Shown in pieces: positions 28,448 through 36,456 of a stretch of DNA of 36,672 nucleotides. The stretch's first letter is position 1. Each line of letters starts with the position of its first letter. The notes beneath the pieces were generated by a model. It was not told the origin of the DNA, searched no databases, and worked only from the letters and a program-made list of their open reading frames with translations. This stretch comes from a virus. Lineage: Duplodnaviria > Caudoviricetes. The translations under genes and the position numbers were made by a program. The stretch lies in IMG/VR virus record IMGVR_UViG_3300030376_003444, positions 1 to 36,672 of that record. One strand, written 5' to 3'.

Positions 28448-29113
28448 TCAGAAATCAGCGGCGTCAGACTGTACAGTGCTAGTGGCCTTTTCTCCTGCAA
28501 CGATAGGAGTGGTCGCACCACCAGAAGTTGGTTCCTTTTCGCTAGAGAACCCCTCTTCGACCACAGCAAAGCCGTGATCTCCTTGTCCTCCGCTACCTAC
28601 GGAAACCAAATTGATTACCTGAACAGCACCAAGTCTTAGTGTCAGACCTGTAGCCATTGGGGTATTGTAAGGTACTACTTTAAAGTTAACCTTAACATCT
28701 GACCCTTTACCGATAAGTTCGCCCATAGGTTTTAGCTGGGCATCCAGCACCTTAGGTCGTTGTTCGATCTTAGAGCCATCCTTTTTGGATTTAAAATGAG
28801 GCCTTAGCTTGGCCGTGAAGTCGTAGCCTGTAGTGCCATCATCCTCAGTGAACTTTTTACCTTCACAAGGATTTACAGAGCGAACCTTTTTACCTTCTTC
28901 TTCTAAAGACTTTTTGTAGCCATCTAGAAGTTCCGTAAGTTGCTTGTTGAGTTTGTCACCTTCCTTCTCATTCATTCTGAAGGTTATTTTGAACCAACCT
29001 ACTTCATCGAAATGGGTATCTGGTTCTAAAAGGTGAGTCCAAATGGCTTTTACTTCCCCTGTAGTTACATCCAACAGGGCCGATGATTTTTTGGTAGACT
29101 TCTTAGTAGTCAT
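28448..29113 (-). CDS. ssDNA-binding protein, gp2.5-like
   Basis: PDTHF...G, IGKGSDVKV, GLTLRLGAVQVI, C-terminal DAADF; start moved to MTTKK (29113), after an A/G-rich leader. Confidence 0.92.
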   Translation of the reverse strand: MTTKKSTKKSSALLDVTTGEVKAIWTHLLEPDTHFDEVGWFKITFRMNEKEGDKLNKQLTELLDGYKKSLEEEGKKVRSVNPCEGKKFTEDDGTTGYDFTAKLRPHFKSKKDGSKIEQRPKVLDAQLKPMGELIGKGSDVKVNFKVVPYNTPMATGLTLRLGAVQVINLVSVGSGGQGDHGFAVVEEGFSSEKEPTSGGATTPIVAGEKATSTVQSDAADF

Positions 29114-29186
29114 ATCTCTTCTATTTCTCTTTGTATGACGTTTTTGAGCGACTATAGGCTGATTTGGTCGTGCCTGTAATGCAACG

Positions 29187-31439
29187 TCAAGATAGAGCAT
29201 AGCACATTCGGTTGCTCTTGTCAACTCTGAACATACTGCATATAGCATCCTTGCAGGTTTTCAGTAGTTTGTCCACGTTATCAGGGTGTACTCCATAACA
29301 GTCATGAAGGGATATTATAGGGTAATCACATATTGACAGAACTTTATGGAGCAAAGCGGCATCATAAGAGTGGATGATGTTTGCAGCTACAGCATTTTTA
29401 GCCTTCCGATAAGACAATACATCTGTAGGTGTCTTTATGTGGAAACTTATTATTTCTTTATTCACTGAAGTGCGTAGGCGAGTGCTTTTAGTTTTCTTAT
29501 ACTCGTTTGTAACTGGGAATCCTGACAGGCTATTCCATGATAGTGATTCATTACGGTTAACTTTTTGCTGACAAGAAAGCATGAATTTTCTAGGAGCCTC
29601 AGTTAATTCATCCAGTGATTCATGGTAGATGTTCAGTAGCTTATCTATTTCAAAATAAATGGTTTTACCAAAGTGATCTTTATCTAGAGATTTATACCAA
29701 TCAACAACAGTCTGTTTTAATCCATGTGGGGTTCCACCGTACATGTACATTACTGTTAATGATTTAACTAAAGAGCGGTCCAACCCCATTGATAGCCATG
29801 CTACAGATTCAGGACGTCCACTTTGGATAATTTTAGCATGCATAGATTGGAGTAATTCAGCATAAAGATCAACAGGCTCATCACTGTTAGATAAATTAGT
29901 TAATCTTTGTAATTCTTTGTCACCTGTAAGCAGTCCAATTATCTGCATCCCAGACGCAGTGTGGTCCAACTTGACAGGTAAATGTGAGTGAAAACTTATC
30001 CTATTATTTATCCAGTTGTTAAACTCAAAACACCATTGAAGAAATTCAGTAGGAGAATCACAATCTAACCAGAAACTTTTATGCTGCTCAGGGTCTGTTG
30101 CTACAGCTTTGATCCACTTTTCATGCTTTAAAGCCCACTCTTGCCTTTCATCGAAAGTTCCCTTAATTCCATATCTATTGGCTCCACCAATAAGGAACCA
30201 GTGTTCATTTCCTCTGACTGATCTTCCTTCTGCAAATTCTAAAAGCCCTTTGGCTTGGTCAGGACCTTGAGGGTTAAGCAATTTAGGCACATAATAAAGT
30301 CGGCCCCTGAAATCAGCTTGCACAGGGAAGTGTAAATCAGTAGAAACATGTTCTTTGGCTAACTCACGGAGGGTCTTTTCTAGTATCAATTGAGGTATCC
30401 ACCGCCTCCTCCTTGAGTGAAATAAAGCTTGACACCGTTTCCACTCCTTTGTACCATTGGGATACCGAAGGTGATTGTCACTGATGTTGTTATTCTTACT
30501 TCCCACTAAGTGGACATTCGAGAGTGACCCTAGGGAGACCCTAAAGGGAGTTTGTTGTAGGCGATTTGCAGCAGCAAACACTAAGGAGAGGTCTTTAGAG
30601 GCATAAGTGTCTTCTATTGTCTGCCTGTTTTTCTTCTTAATGAAGTGCCAGTTGATATTTTCAGGGAATTCGTAGCCTCCTGAGGTGACTGAAGTCCAAT
30701 CCTTTGGAGTTTCCTTACAGGGTAAGTAATAAGGGAACAATGTAGAAGCTCTAGAGTTAAATGAGTCTATCCATTTTAGGGTCTCTTCAGTGGGAATTAT
30801 GAAAGATACTGTTTTATTACGTCCTAGCTTCTTGTTTTCATACCTGAATAATCCTGTAGATTGCCTAAGTATTTCAAGCAGTACTAAACCTATTTGAGTT
30901 CTGTGAGTGACGCCTAAGTCTAGCTTCCAAGTGTCTCCTAAGTCTTGGTTAGCGGCTCTTATGATTAAGCTACGTTTAAACTCATAGGAAGCTCTGCGAG
31001 CAACCTTAGATTCTAGTGATTTGAACCAAAGTTTGTTGTTCTTTTTAAGATCACTGAAATTAAGTTCATCTTGAAGCTTCTGACCTATGGTAAAACCTAG
31101 ATTAGTTCTTTTACACTCTTGTGAGACACCATTTAGGTAACATTTAAAAGTGATATGGGAGATTAATTCGGTTTTTAAGGTTATTTTAGACAAGGCATTG
31201 TGGTATCTCCCTGCTTTGCCTTTTTTTATATCAGTTAGGTAAGTTTCAAGTGCTTTGTTGAAGTTGAAGATGAGTTTTTTGAACAGGAAGGAACCATGAT
31301 TGGTCTGAGATTCTTTTTGTTTTTGTGAAAGTACTTCAACACGTTTTTTAAACTTGGTTTTTCCTTTGGATATGGAAGACAGGCCGCTCACTAAAGGAAG
31401 AGATAGGACAAGTGCTTCACCGACCAAAGCAATACACAC
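29187..31439 (-). CDS. Single-subunit DNA-directed RNA polymerase, gp1-like (compact, divergent)
   Basis: DFRGRLY...NPQG.D..KGLL.F; motif A LDHTASG; motif B RSLVK...YG; IHSYDA; motif C LHDC. Start uncertain (GTG 31439 or GTG 31391). Confidence 0.92.
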   Translation of the reverse strand: MCIALVGEALVLSLPLVSGLSSISKGKTKFKKRVEVLSQKQKESQTNHGSFLFKKLIFNFNKALETYLTDIKKGKAGRYHNALSKITLKTELISHITFKCYLNGVSQECKRTNLGFTIGQKLQDELNFSDLKKNNKLWFKSLESKVARRASYEFKRSLIIRAANQDLGDTWKLDLGVTHRTQIGLVLLEILRQSTGLFRYENKKLGRNKTVSFIIPTEETLKWIDSFNSRASTLFPYYLPCKETPKDWTSVTSGGYEFPENINWHFIKKKNRQTIEDTYASKDLSLVFAAANRLQQTPFRVSLGSLSNVHLVGSKNNNISDNHLRYPNGTKEWKRCQALFHSRRRRWIPQLILEKTLRELAKEHVSTDLHFPVQADFRGRLYYVPKLLNPQGPDQAKGLLEFAEGRSVRGNEHWFLIGGANRYGIKGTFDERQEWALKHEKWIKAVATDPEQHKSFWLDCDSPTEFLQWCFEFNNWINNRISFHSHLPVKLDHTASGMQIIGLLTGDKELQRLTNLSNSDEPVDLYAELLQSMHAKIIQSGRPESVAWLSMGLDRSLVKSLTVMYMYGGTPHGLKQTVVDWYKSLDKDHFGKTIYFEIDKLLNIYHESLDELTEAPRKFMLSCQQKVNRNESLSWNSLSGFPVTNEYKKTKSTRLRTSVNKEIISFHIKTPTDVLSYRKAKNAVAANIIHSYDAALLHKVLSICDYPIISLHDCYGVHPDNVDKLLKTCKDAICSMFRVDKSNRMCYALS
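29196..29224 (-). promoter_or_regulatory. Sigma70-type promoter upstream of SSB, inside the RNAP 3' end
   Basis: TTGACA (29224-29219), 17-nt spacer ending TGC, TATGCT (29201-29196): consensus -35, extended -10 TG. Confidence 0.7.
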
Positions 31440-31501
31440 GCCCAGAGAACCTTAGGAGCGACCTGAAAAACGAAAGTGGCATTACAGTAATTAAAAGCAA
31501 C

Positions 31502-31738
31502 TTATTTGATGCCTCTGTTGCGAGACTTAGCCATGACTGCAAGGTTGGAACGTTTGTTATTTCGAGGATTTCCGTCTTTATGATGTACGTCTTTGCCTTT
31601 AGGGACACCACCATTTCGTTCTTTCTCTGCGTGGGCTGCGTTTCTTCCTGCTCTGTCTAGTTTATCCGCTTTAGGTTTGTGGTCTCTCGCATATTCTTTT
31701 TTGTAATCTCTTTTCTTTTTAGGATATTTTACTTTCAT
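31502..31738 (-). CDS. Small HNH endonuclease-like protein
   Basis: RDYKKEY...GKDVHHKDGNPRNNKRSNL...SRNR; ATG at 31738. Confidence 0.8.
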   Translation of the reverse strand: MKVKYPKKKRDYKKEYARDHKPKADKLDRAGRNAAHAEKERNGGVPKGKDVHHKDGNPRNNKRSNLAVMAKSRNRGIK

Positions 31739-31807
31739 AAGTAATGGTCTCTCTAACACAGAGTCAACATTAGGCTTTCTAATAAGTCAAAGTTAATTGT
31801 CAACAGG

Positions 31808-31843
31808 TAAGTAACGTATGATAGTGATTATCCCCGTGGCCCC
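31808..31843. repeat. Copy 1 of ~35-bp intergenic direct repeat
   Basis: taagtaacgtatgatagtgattatccccgtggcccc; 30/36 aligned identities with 35870-35903. Confidence 0.75.
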
Positions 31844-31860
31844 CTTTAGTATTATCTAAC

Positions 31861-31942
31861 AAAAAAATAGGTATATAAGCGGCTATGAAGAGGACATACA
31901 AACCTCACCCACATCTTAATAGTTGGACTACTTATATACCTA
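31861..31942 (-). terminator. Long hairpin plus U-tract (terminator or RNase III-type site)
   Basis: 12-bp perfect inverted repeat TAGGTATATAAG (31868-31879) / CTTATATACCTA (31931-31942), further imperfect inner pairing, T-run after it on the minus strand. Confidence 0.55.
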
Positions 31943-31946
31943 ATTG

Positions 31947-32348
31947 TTATAGAGCGTATTCCATAATGGTGTCTTTAGATAGCGATAATGAAGGGTATTT
32001 AGAGTTTATTTTGTCACTGTCTCTTACTTTCCACAAGTCTATGTAGAAGAATTTATCAGGAAACATATTAGTGCAGAACACAATGTAATCTAAATGAGAG
32101 GTAGCTAGGTAGTTAGCACCATCTTTACCTCCTGCTTTAGATATTAGCTGTAACTCACAACGATCTCTATTGTTCCATGATCTGTATTTAACGTTAACAG
32201 TTTTGTAATCACATTTATGTACAATTACATAGTCTTCTATGGATTGATTTTGAACAGGTGTGTATATAGGAATATTTCTTTCTATACAGAACACTTCAAA
32301 ACGTTTTTCGTAGAGACTGCCTAGTTGCGTACGTGATAGTTTATTCAT
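31947..32348 (-). CDS. PD-(D/E)XK nuclease-like protein
   Basis: GSLYE...P...EDYVI...TVNVKY pattern; 133 aa. Confidence 0.55.
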   Translation of the reverse strand: MNKLSRTQLGSLYEKRFEVFCIERNIPIYTPVQNQSIEDYVIVHKCDYKTVNVKYRSWNNRDRCELQLISKAGGKDGANYLATSHLDYIVFCTNMFPDKFFYIDLWKVRDSDKINSKYPSLSLSKDTIMEYAL

Positions 32349-32419
32349 GGTCAGTTATTACTAACGTTATAAACATGATAGTAAAAAATAGTGAAGCACA
32401 TGCAATGATTAGGATTGGA

Positions 32420-32626
32420 TCAGGCATTGTTATTCCTTTCCACAAGTTTTCTGTGATCTTCTAACATCTCACGTTCTCTTGGAGTAGTAGGGGGCATACG
32501 TCCTTGTAGAATCATTTTGTGTATAGCGTTAGTGGCAGCTTTTCTAATGTCTATGCTTTTACCTGTGTCTATTTCACCGTGACCTGCGTCTCCTACTTTA
32601 GTGTTATGTACTCTTTCAGTGTTCAT
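32420..32626 (-). CDS. Hypothetical early protein
   Basis: ATG at 32626, 1 nt after the upstream stop; 68 aa. Confidence 0.6.
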   Translation of the reverse strand: MNTERVHNTKVGDAGHGEIDTGKSIDIRKAATNAIHKMILQGRMPPTTPREREMLEDHRKLVERNNNA

Positions 32627-32627
32627 A

Positions 32628-33161
32628 TTATTTCCATTCTTTAGGGTTGGCAATAGAACGTGCAGCACATTTAAGTATGCAATTTTTAATACTTAGTGAT
32701 ACACCTTTACATCCTGAGTCAGTGACTGCTTTTCTTACAGAATCAGGAAACATGTGTATAGATATGTTATCCCACTTTTGTAAGCTGATTGTGTTGAAGT
32801 ATTTATCTTCTTTATATGCTTTTGCTAAGAAATCAGGACTACCAATATTATCTAAGATTAGTTGACGTATTTCTTCAGTATTAAAAGAAGGTTGACCAAA
32901 GTACATGTTGTGAATCATCCATCGGTGATTATGTGGAACAGGTTCTCCAAAGGTTTCTTTTCTGTTAAGAGCTTCTTCGTAGTGACACCAACTCATAAAC
33001 TCTACACAGTTACCTTTTCTTTCCCATTCTTTAGACTTAGCTTTGATCTCTGCTTGTCCTTCTTCTCTCTCTTTGTCTAAACCTTCTTGGTACTTTATAT
33101 AGTCTTCTGAAGGCATTTCTCCGTACATTTCTTTGTACATATTTACAGCTTCTTTATTCAT
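32628..33161 (-). CDS. Hypothetical early protein
   Basis: 177 aa; C-terminal FNTISLQKWD...SLS..NCILK.AAR pattern that I recall from other phage hypotheticals. Confidence 0.7.
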   Translation of the reverse strand: MNKEAVNMYKEMYGEMPSEDYIKYQEGLDKEREEGQAEIKAKSKEWERKGNCVEFMSWCHYEEALNRKETFGEPVPHNHRWMIHNMYFGQPSFNTEEIRQLILDNIGSPDFLAKAYKEDKYFNTISLQKWDNISIHMFPDSVRKAVTDSGCKGVSLSIKNCILKCAARSIANPKEWK

Positions 33162-33438
33162 TTTCTTTTACTTTATTTCTTAGTTCATTAGTTAGGTTCA
33201 ACCACGATTGATAAACCATTCGTGATAGTGGTTCATGTTTAGCTTGCATGGACAACAGATGTTTTAACTCATCTACATGTGCTGCTAAGGCTAACATTTC
33301 AGGATCACAGTTTTTCATGTTACCTATTTCTAGGGTGTATTCAGAATCTTCTTCACCCAGTGGACCAGAGACTCCACCTCTACATGTGTAGTCGCCATTG
33401 TCTGGTTGTGATTTATATAAGTATGTATGTCTAGGCAT
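33154..33438 (-). CDS. Hypothetical early protein (MPRHTY...)
   Basis: Start moved to 33438 because the upstream in-frame part is a hairpin plus AT-rich leader; 94 aa. Confidence 0.6.
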   Translation of the reverse strand: MPRHTYLYKSQPDNGDYTCRGGVSGPLGEEDSEYTLEIGNMKNCDPEMLALAAHVDELKHLLSMQAKHEPLSRMVYQSWLNLTNELRNKVKENE

Positions 33439-33455
33439 GATAGTATTTAAAGTTA

Positions 33456-33490
33456 GGGAGCCATCCCCAGATTGACTGAAGATGACTCCC
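33456..33490 (-). other. 15-bp RNA hairpin between early genes
   Basis: GGGAGUCAUCUUCAG-UCAAU-CUGGGGAUGGCUCCC; three G-U pairs work only on the minus strand. Confidence 0.65.
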
Positions 33491-33503
33491 ATGATGTTTA
33501 TAC

Positions 33504-34583
33504 TTAGAACAATAATTGCTGTCCAACAGCACCAGCAACTGCAGCACCACCAAGTGCAGCAGCGAAACCACTAGTTGCTTTGTTATGTTTGCCAGTACGT
33601 AGGTCTAAACGTCCAGCTTGAACATCATCAGCTAGTGTGAATGCACGTGTCTTGCGGTCAACAGTAGACTTGTTGAGCAATGCACGTACTTGACGGGCTT
33701 CTTGGATTACTTCAGGACTTCTGAATGCACCACGTTGACCCCTTGGGTTATTGACAGGTGACCAGTGGTCTTCGTACTCAGTGACTACATTGAAAGGATG
33801 CCACAATGTGCCTTCTGATTTTTCCTTACCACGTGCGTCTAGGAATATAGGTTCAATACCATTATTCCACTTACGCCAATCTTTTAAGTCTTCATCAAGC
33901 GGTCTGTCGTAACACAACTTGAGGAAGTTTAACTGTTCTTGTTCAGAGAGAGACATCTGAGTCATTCTGTTGAATGTGGTCTCAACTTTGGATAAGTGAT
34001 CTAGTCCCAATTGCATGTACTTGATTGCTTTATCCATGTTGATCTGAATAGAACGTGTGTGTTTTATGTTATAGCTGTGATTGCTATCTCTAAGAGCAGC
34101 ATACAGTGTGTTAGAACATACAGGTCTGATGTGAGTGAACTTCATTGTCAATGCTTGTTGACCTGTGTGTCCTTGTGCAATAAGCAAGTATCTCTCGGTG
34201 GTATCACCATTGAGTAACTTAGCTTCATACGGAAGGCGGCATTGTAAGAATACAGATGAGCCATTATGGAAATACCCTCCAGATACAAACTGAGCGTTTG
34301 AGTCTTGAAGGATACGGTCGAAGCACCTGAATGCTTCTGTGTTTTGTACTGTTTCAAACCCTTGTCCTACAACGCAGTTACCAAGTGGTGTGCCTGAGTC
34401 TGTTCTGTAGATACCTTTGAGGTTATCCATAGGTGTCCATTGATACATACAATGTTGACGGTTATAGGTTTGTACTTGTACATCGCCTGAGGATACTTCC
34501 CAATCTAGGTTAGCTGCTCTGACGGCCTCGGCAGTTGAATATATGGACTGCCCTTCTAGGTTTATTATGTTGTATGATGACAT
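33504..34583 (-). CDS. DUF932 / TIGR03299-like phage-plasmid protein
   Basis: ANLDWEV, VQNTEAF, IRPVCSNTL, IKHT, GTLW..FN.VTEY.DH motifs. Confidence 0.85.
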   Translation of the reverse strand: MSSYNIINLEGQSIYSTAEAVRAANLDWEVSSGDVQVQTYNRQHCMYQWTPMDNLKGIYRTDSGTPLGNCVVGQGFETVQNTEAFRCFDRILQDSNAQFVSGGYFHNGSSVFLQCRLPYEAKLLNGDTTERYLLIAQGHTGQQALTMKFTHIRPVCSNTLYAALRDSNHSYNIKHTRSIQINMDKAIKYMQLGLDHLSKVETTFNRMTQMSLSEQEQLNFLKLCYDRPLDEDLKDWRKWNNGIEPIFLDARGKEKSEGTLWHPFNVVTEYEDHWSPVNNPRGQRGAFRSPEVIQEARQVRALLNKSTVDRKTRAFTLADDVQAGRLDLRTGKHNKATSGFAAALGGAAVAGAVGQQLLF

Positions 34584-34613
34584 ACTTATTTATCTCTATT
34601 TATTATGTTATGT

Positions 34614-35513
34614 TTAAATGGCTATATCGGAGTAGCCTTTCTCCTTACTGATTAATATAACGGGTCTTGCGTCAGTAAACCGCAAGTCGTGAAGCTCGTT
34701 GTCATACATCTGATATCCCCATTTGTGAGGAATACCTGCATCAATGTCATTGAGCATGTTTTTGTACCTGTCTTTGTTGTATACAATATTAACATTGTAT
34801 CCTGCCTCAAGGACTTGAAGACAGTTGTCAACATCACTCTGAGTACCATCGAATGAGTACGTTAAATGATAGTTGAGAGGCATATCAGTCCACGCTGGTC
34901 TAGTACCATAACGGTATTTAGTGTAGTCGTAGAACTGAACATTAGGGAATGCGTCGAACAGTGTTTTCTTATCAAGGAACTTAGCTGTTTTGATTTCCCA
35001 CAATAAGTCAGACAAACCGTTTAACCTGATTGTTAAGTTAGGCATACCTTTATCTCTAAGTTGACTGTTGAGATATGATATTTCTAGGGCTATGTCTTCC
35101 ATTGTATCCTCGTATTTCTCAAATAGATTACGAGTACGCCTTATTCGTGCATTAGACACGTTAGGCATGCGGCCTCTGCCTTGATGGTAGAGACAGGTAT
35201 CGTGACACTTGGAGAACCTGTGACACGTGGTATATCCTGAGTACTTAGCTGGAGCCAAGTGCAGGATTGCTGTGGCGTAACCATATTCAAGGGATTTGAT
35301 AGCCTTGGGGTTACTGAATGTGAGATACTTACACCGTCTACTGATTGAGGTGATGTGATTTGCACATTCTTGTGATACCACCCTCTTGGATGGTCGCGTG
35401 TGGGCAACGCTTGGCATGCTTTGAAGCACACTACTGCCCATATCAGAGCTAACACTTTGAGTATTAACTCCCATAGTTCTTCTGACACTTGTGTTGTCTG
35501 ATATGATAGTCAT
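34614..35513 (-). CDS. GP88-like protein (three-Cys, radical-SAM-related)
   Basis: C....KC...CLY..GRG, IRLNGLSD, FPNVQFYDYTK, NYHLTYS, HDLRF.D motifs; start uncertain. Confidence 0.8.
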   Translation of the reverse strand: MTIISDNTSVRRTMGVNTQSVSSDMGSSVLQSMPSVAHTRPSKRVVSQECANHITSISRRCKYLTFSNPKAIKSLEYGYATAILHLAPAKYSGYTTCHRFSKCHDTCLYHQGRGRMPNVSNARIRRTRNLFEKYEDTMEDIALEISYLNSQLRDKGMPNLTIRLNGLSDLLWEIKTAKFLDKKTLFDAFPNVQFYDYTKYRYGTRPAWTDMPLNYHLTYSFDGTQSDVDNCLQVLEAGYNVNIVYNKDRYKNMLNDIDAGIPHKWGYQMYDNELHDLRFTDARPVILISKEKGYSDIAI

Positions 35514-35576
35514 ATGTAGTTGTTTATTATGTTTATTTTATTTGTGAGTACCAACATGACGCATGTTAGTAAATTT

Positions 35577-35867
35577 TCATGATTCTGTTCCGTATAGTAT
35601 TTGCCAACCAAGAGGTGATGTTCCTGATATTAGAAACTCACGATCTTCTGGACTAAGTGATTTGAACTCATTGATCCGATCAGTCTGATTGAATGCGAAT
35701 AATTCAGAACCTAGTACGGTAACTGAATGTTGACTGCCAGTGACGTGGCATGTGCCTGTGAATGTGTATTTATGTACATCATCATCAAATGATTCAGTGT
35801 ATGTACATTCTCTGATGTACCTATTTTGCAGTGGCAAGTAAGTAAACCTTGAATTGATATTAGACAT
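35577..35867 (-). CDS. Conserved hypothetical phage protein
   Basis: 96 aa; LSPEDREFLISG.SP..W..L motif. Confidence 0.75.
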   Translation of the reverse strand: MSNINSRFTYLPLQNRYIRECTYTESFDDDVHKYTFTGTCHVTGSQHSVTVLGSELFAFNQTDRINEFKSLSPEDREFLISGTSPLGWQILYGTES

Positions 35868-35869
35868 GA

Positions 35870-35903
35870 TAAGTAAGTATGATAGTTATTACTCTGTGGT
35901 CCC
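35870..35903. repeat. Copy 2 of ~35-bp intergenic direct repeat
   Basis: taagtaagtatgatagttattactctgtggtccc, ending 2 nt before the ATG at 35867. Confidence 0.75.
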
Positions 35904-35919
35904 TATAAAGACTAACGCC

Positions 35920-36456
35920 TCAGGATTGCTCCTGAGGGTTAGGTAGGCCATTGACTAGAGTGCGATCTTCGACATCGACAACCTTAGTGGGATCATATGC
36001 ATGATGCTGCTTCTTAGACTTCATCTCTTCAGATGTCACAGGGACATTGCGGTTATCCAACTCATCCTGCTTATTAGCTTCGGCTGCTGATGCCTGCTTC
36101 ATAGCACCGCCCTTGTTGAACCTTTGATATGCCATGTTAGTGAGATACTTCTCAGAGATCGCTTCTGCTGATATGTCAACGTACGGTGTGCCATCTGGCA
36201 GCTTGTCATGACCTGCATTGATCCAATGGAGAGTAGTCTCTTGGCAACATGGACATGTAATCTGTAACTTGCCATTCATGTCTTGTCGCCTGAAGCCTGA
36301 CTTGCGGCGGTGAGGTGGAGTGATAAACAGGCCAGCAAATCCTGATTCATTCTGAGGCCTATTGGCTAATGTCTTCTTAACCTTGGTGGTAAGGTCACGT
36401 AGTGTAGCCGTAGCTGCAGCCGCAGCCTTCCTGAGTGTGTTATGTTTGTTTTTCAT
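35920..36456 (-). CDS. Hypothetical protein, first gene of the early region in this window
   Basis: 178 aa from ATG 36456; CPCC motif; its N-terminus lies in one arm of the large inverted repeat. Confidence 0.65.
   Translation of the reverse strand: MKNKHNTLRKAAAAATATLRDLTTKVKKTLANRPQNESGFAGLFITPPHRRKSGFRRQDMNGKLQITCPCCQETTLHWINAGHDKLPDGTPYVDISAEAISEKYLTNMAYQRFNKGGAMKQASAAEANKQDELDNRNVPVTSEEMKSKKQHHAYDPTKVVDVEDRTLVNGLPNPQEQS

Noticed and set aside
27973-28569. Alternative-frame minus ORFs 27973-28248 and 28258-28569
   Set aside because: They overlap endonuclease I and SSB and have no recognisable features.
29114-29248. N-terminal extension of SSB given by the ORF track
   Set aside because: It overlaps the RNAP end, the promoter and the leader hairpin; MTTKK at 29113 is the better start.
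30502-30548. CCACTAAGTGG palindrome and GACCCTA(A)GGG tandem inside RNAP as a possible origin
   Set aside because: Two short copies in coding sequence; too little evidence.
31387-31400. CTCACTAAAGG, resembling the T3 promoter core (also CACTCACTATGA at 18449-18460)
   Set aside because: Both are on the + strand, antisense to all genes, and lack the upstream specificity region; likely chance.
31762-31803. Three TTGAC hexamers upstream of the HNH gene as sigma70 promoters
   Set aside because: No good -10 box at 16-18 nt spacing for any of them.
31417-31950. Integrase or attP upstream of RNAP, as in some marine T7-like phages
   Set aside because: No recombinase ORF or tRNA-like core is visible; an HNH gene occupies the position.
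662-34217. All plus-strand ORFs in the track (60-135 aa)
   Set aside because: They lie antisense to well-supported genes, have no motifs, and read as shadow frames.
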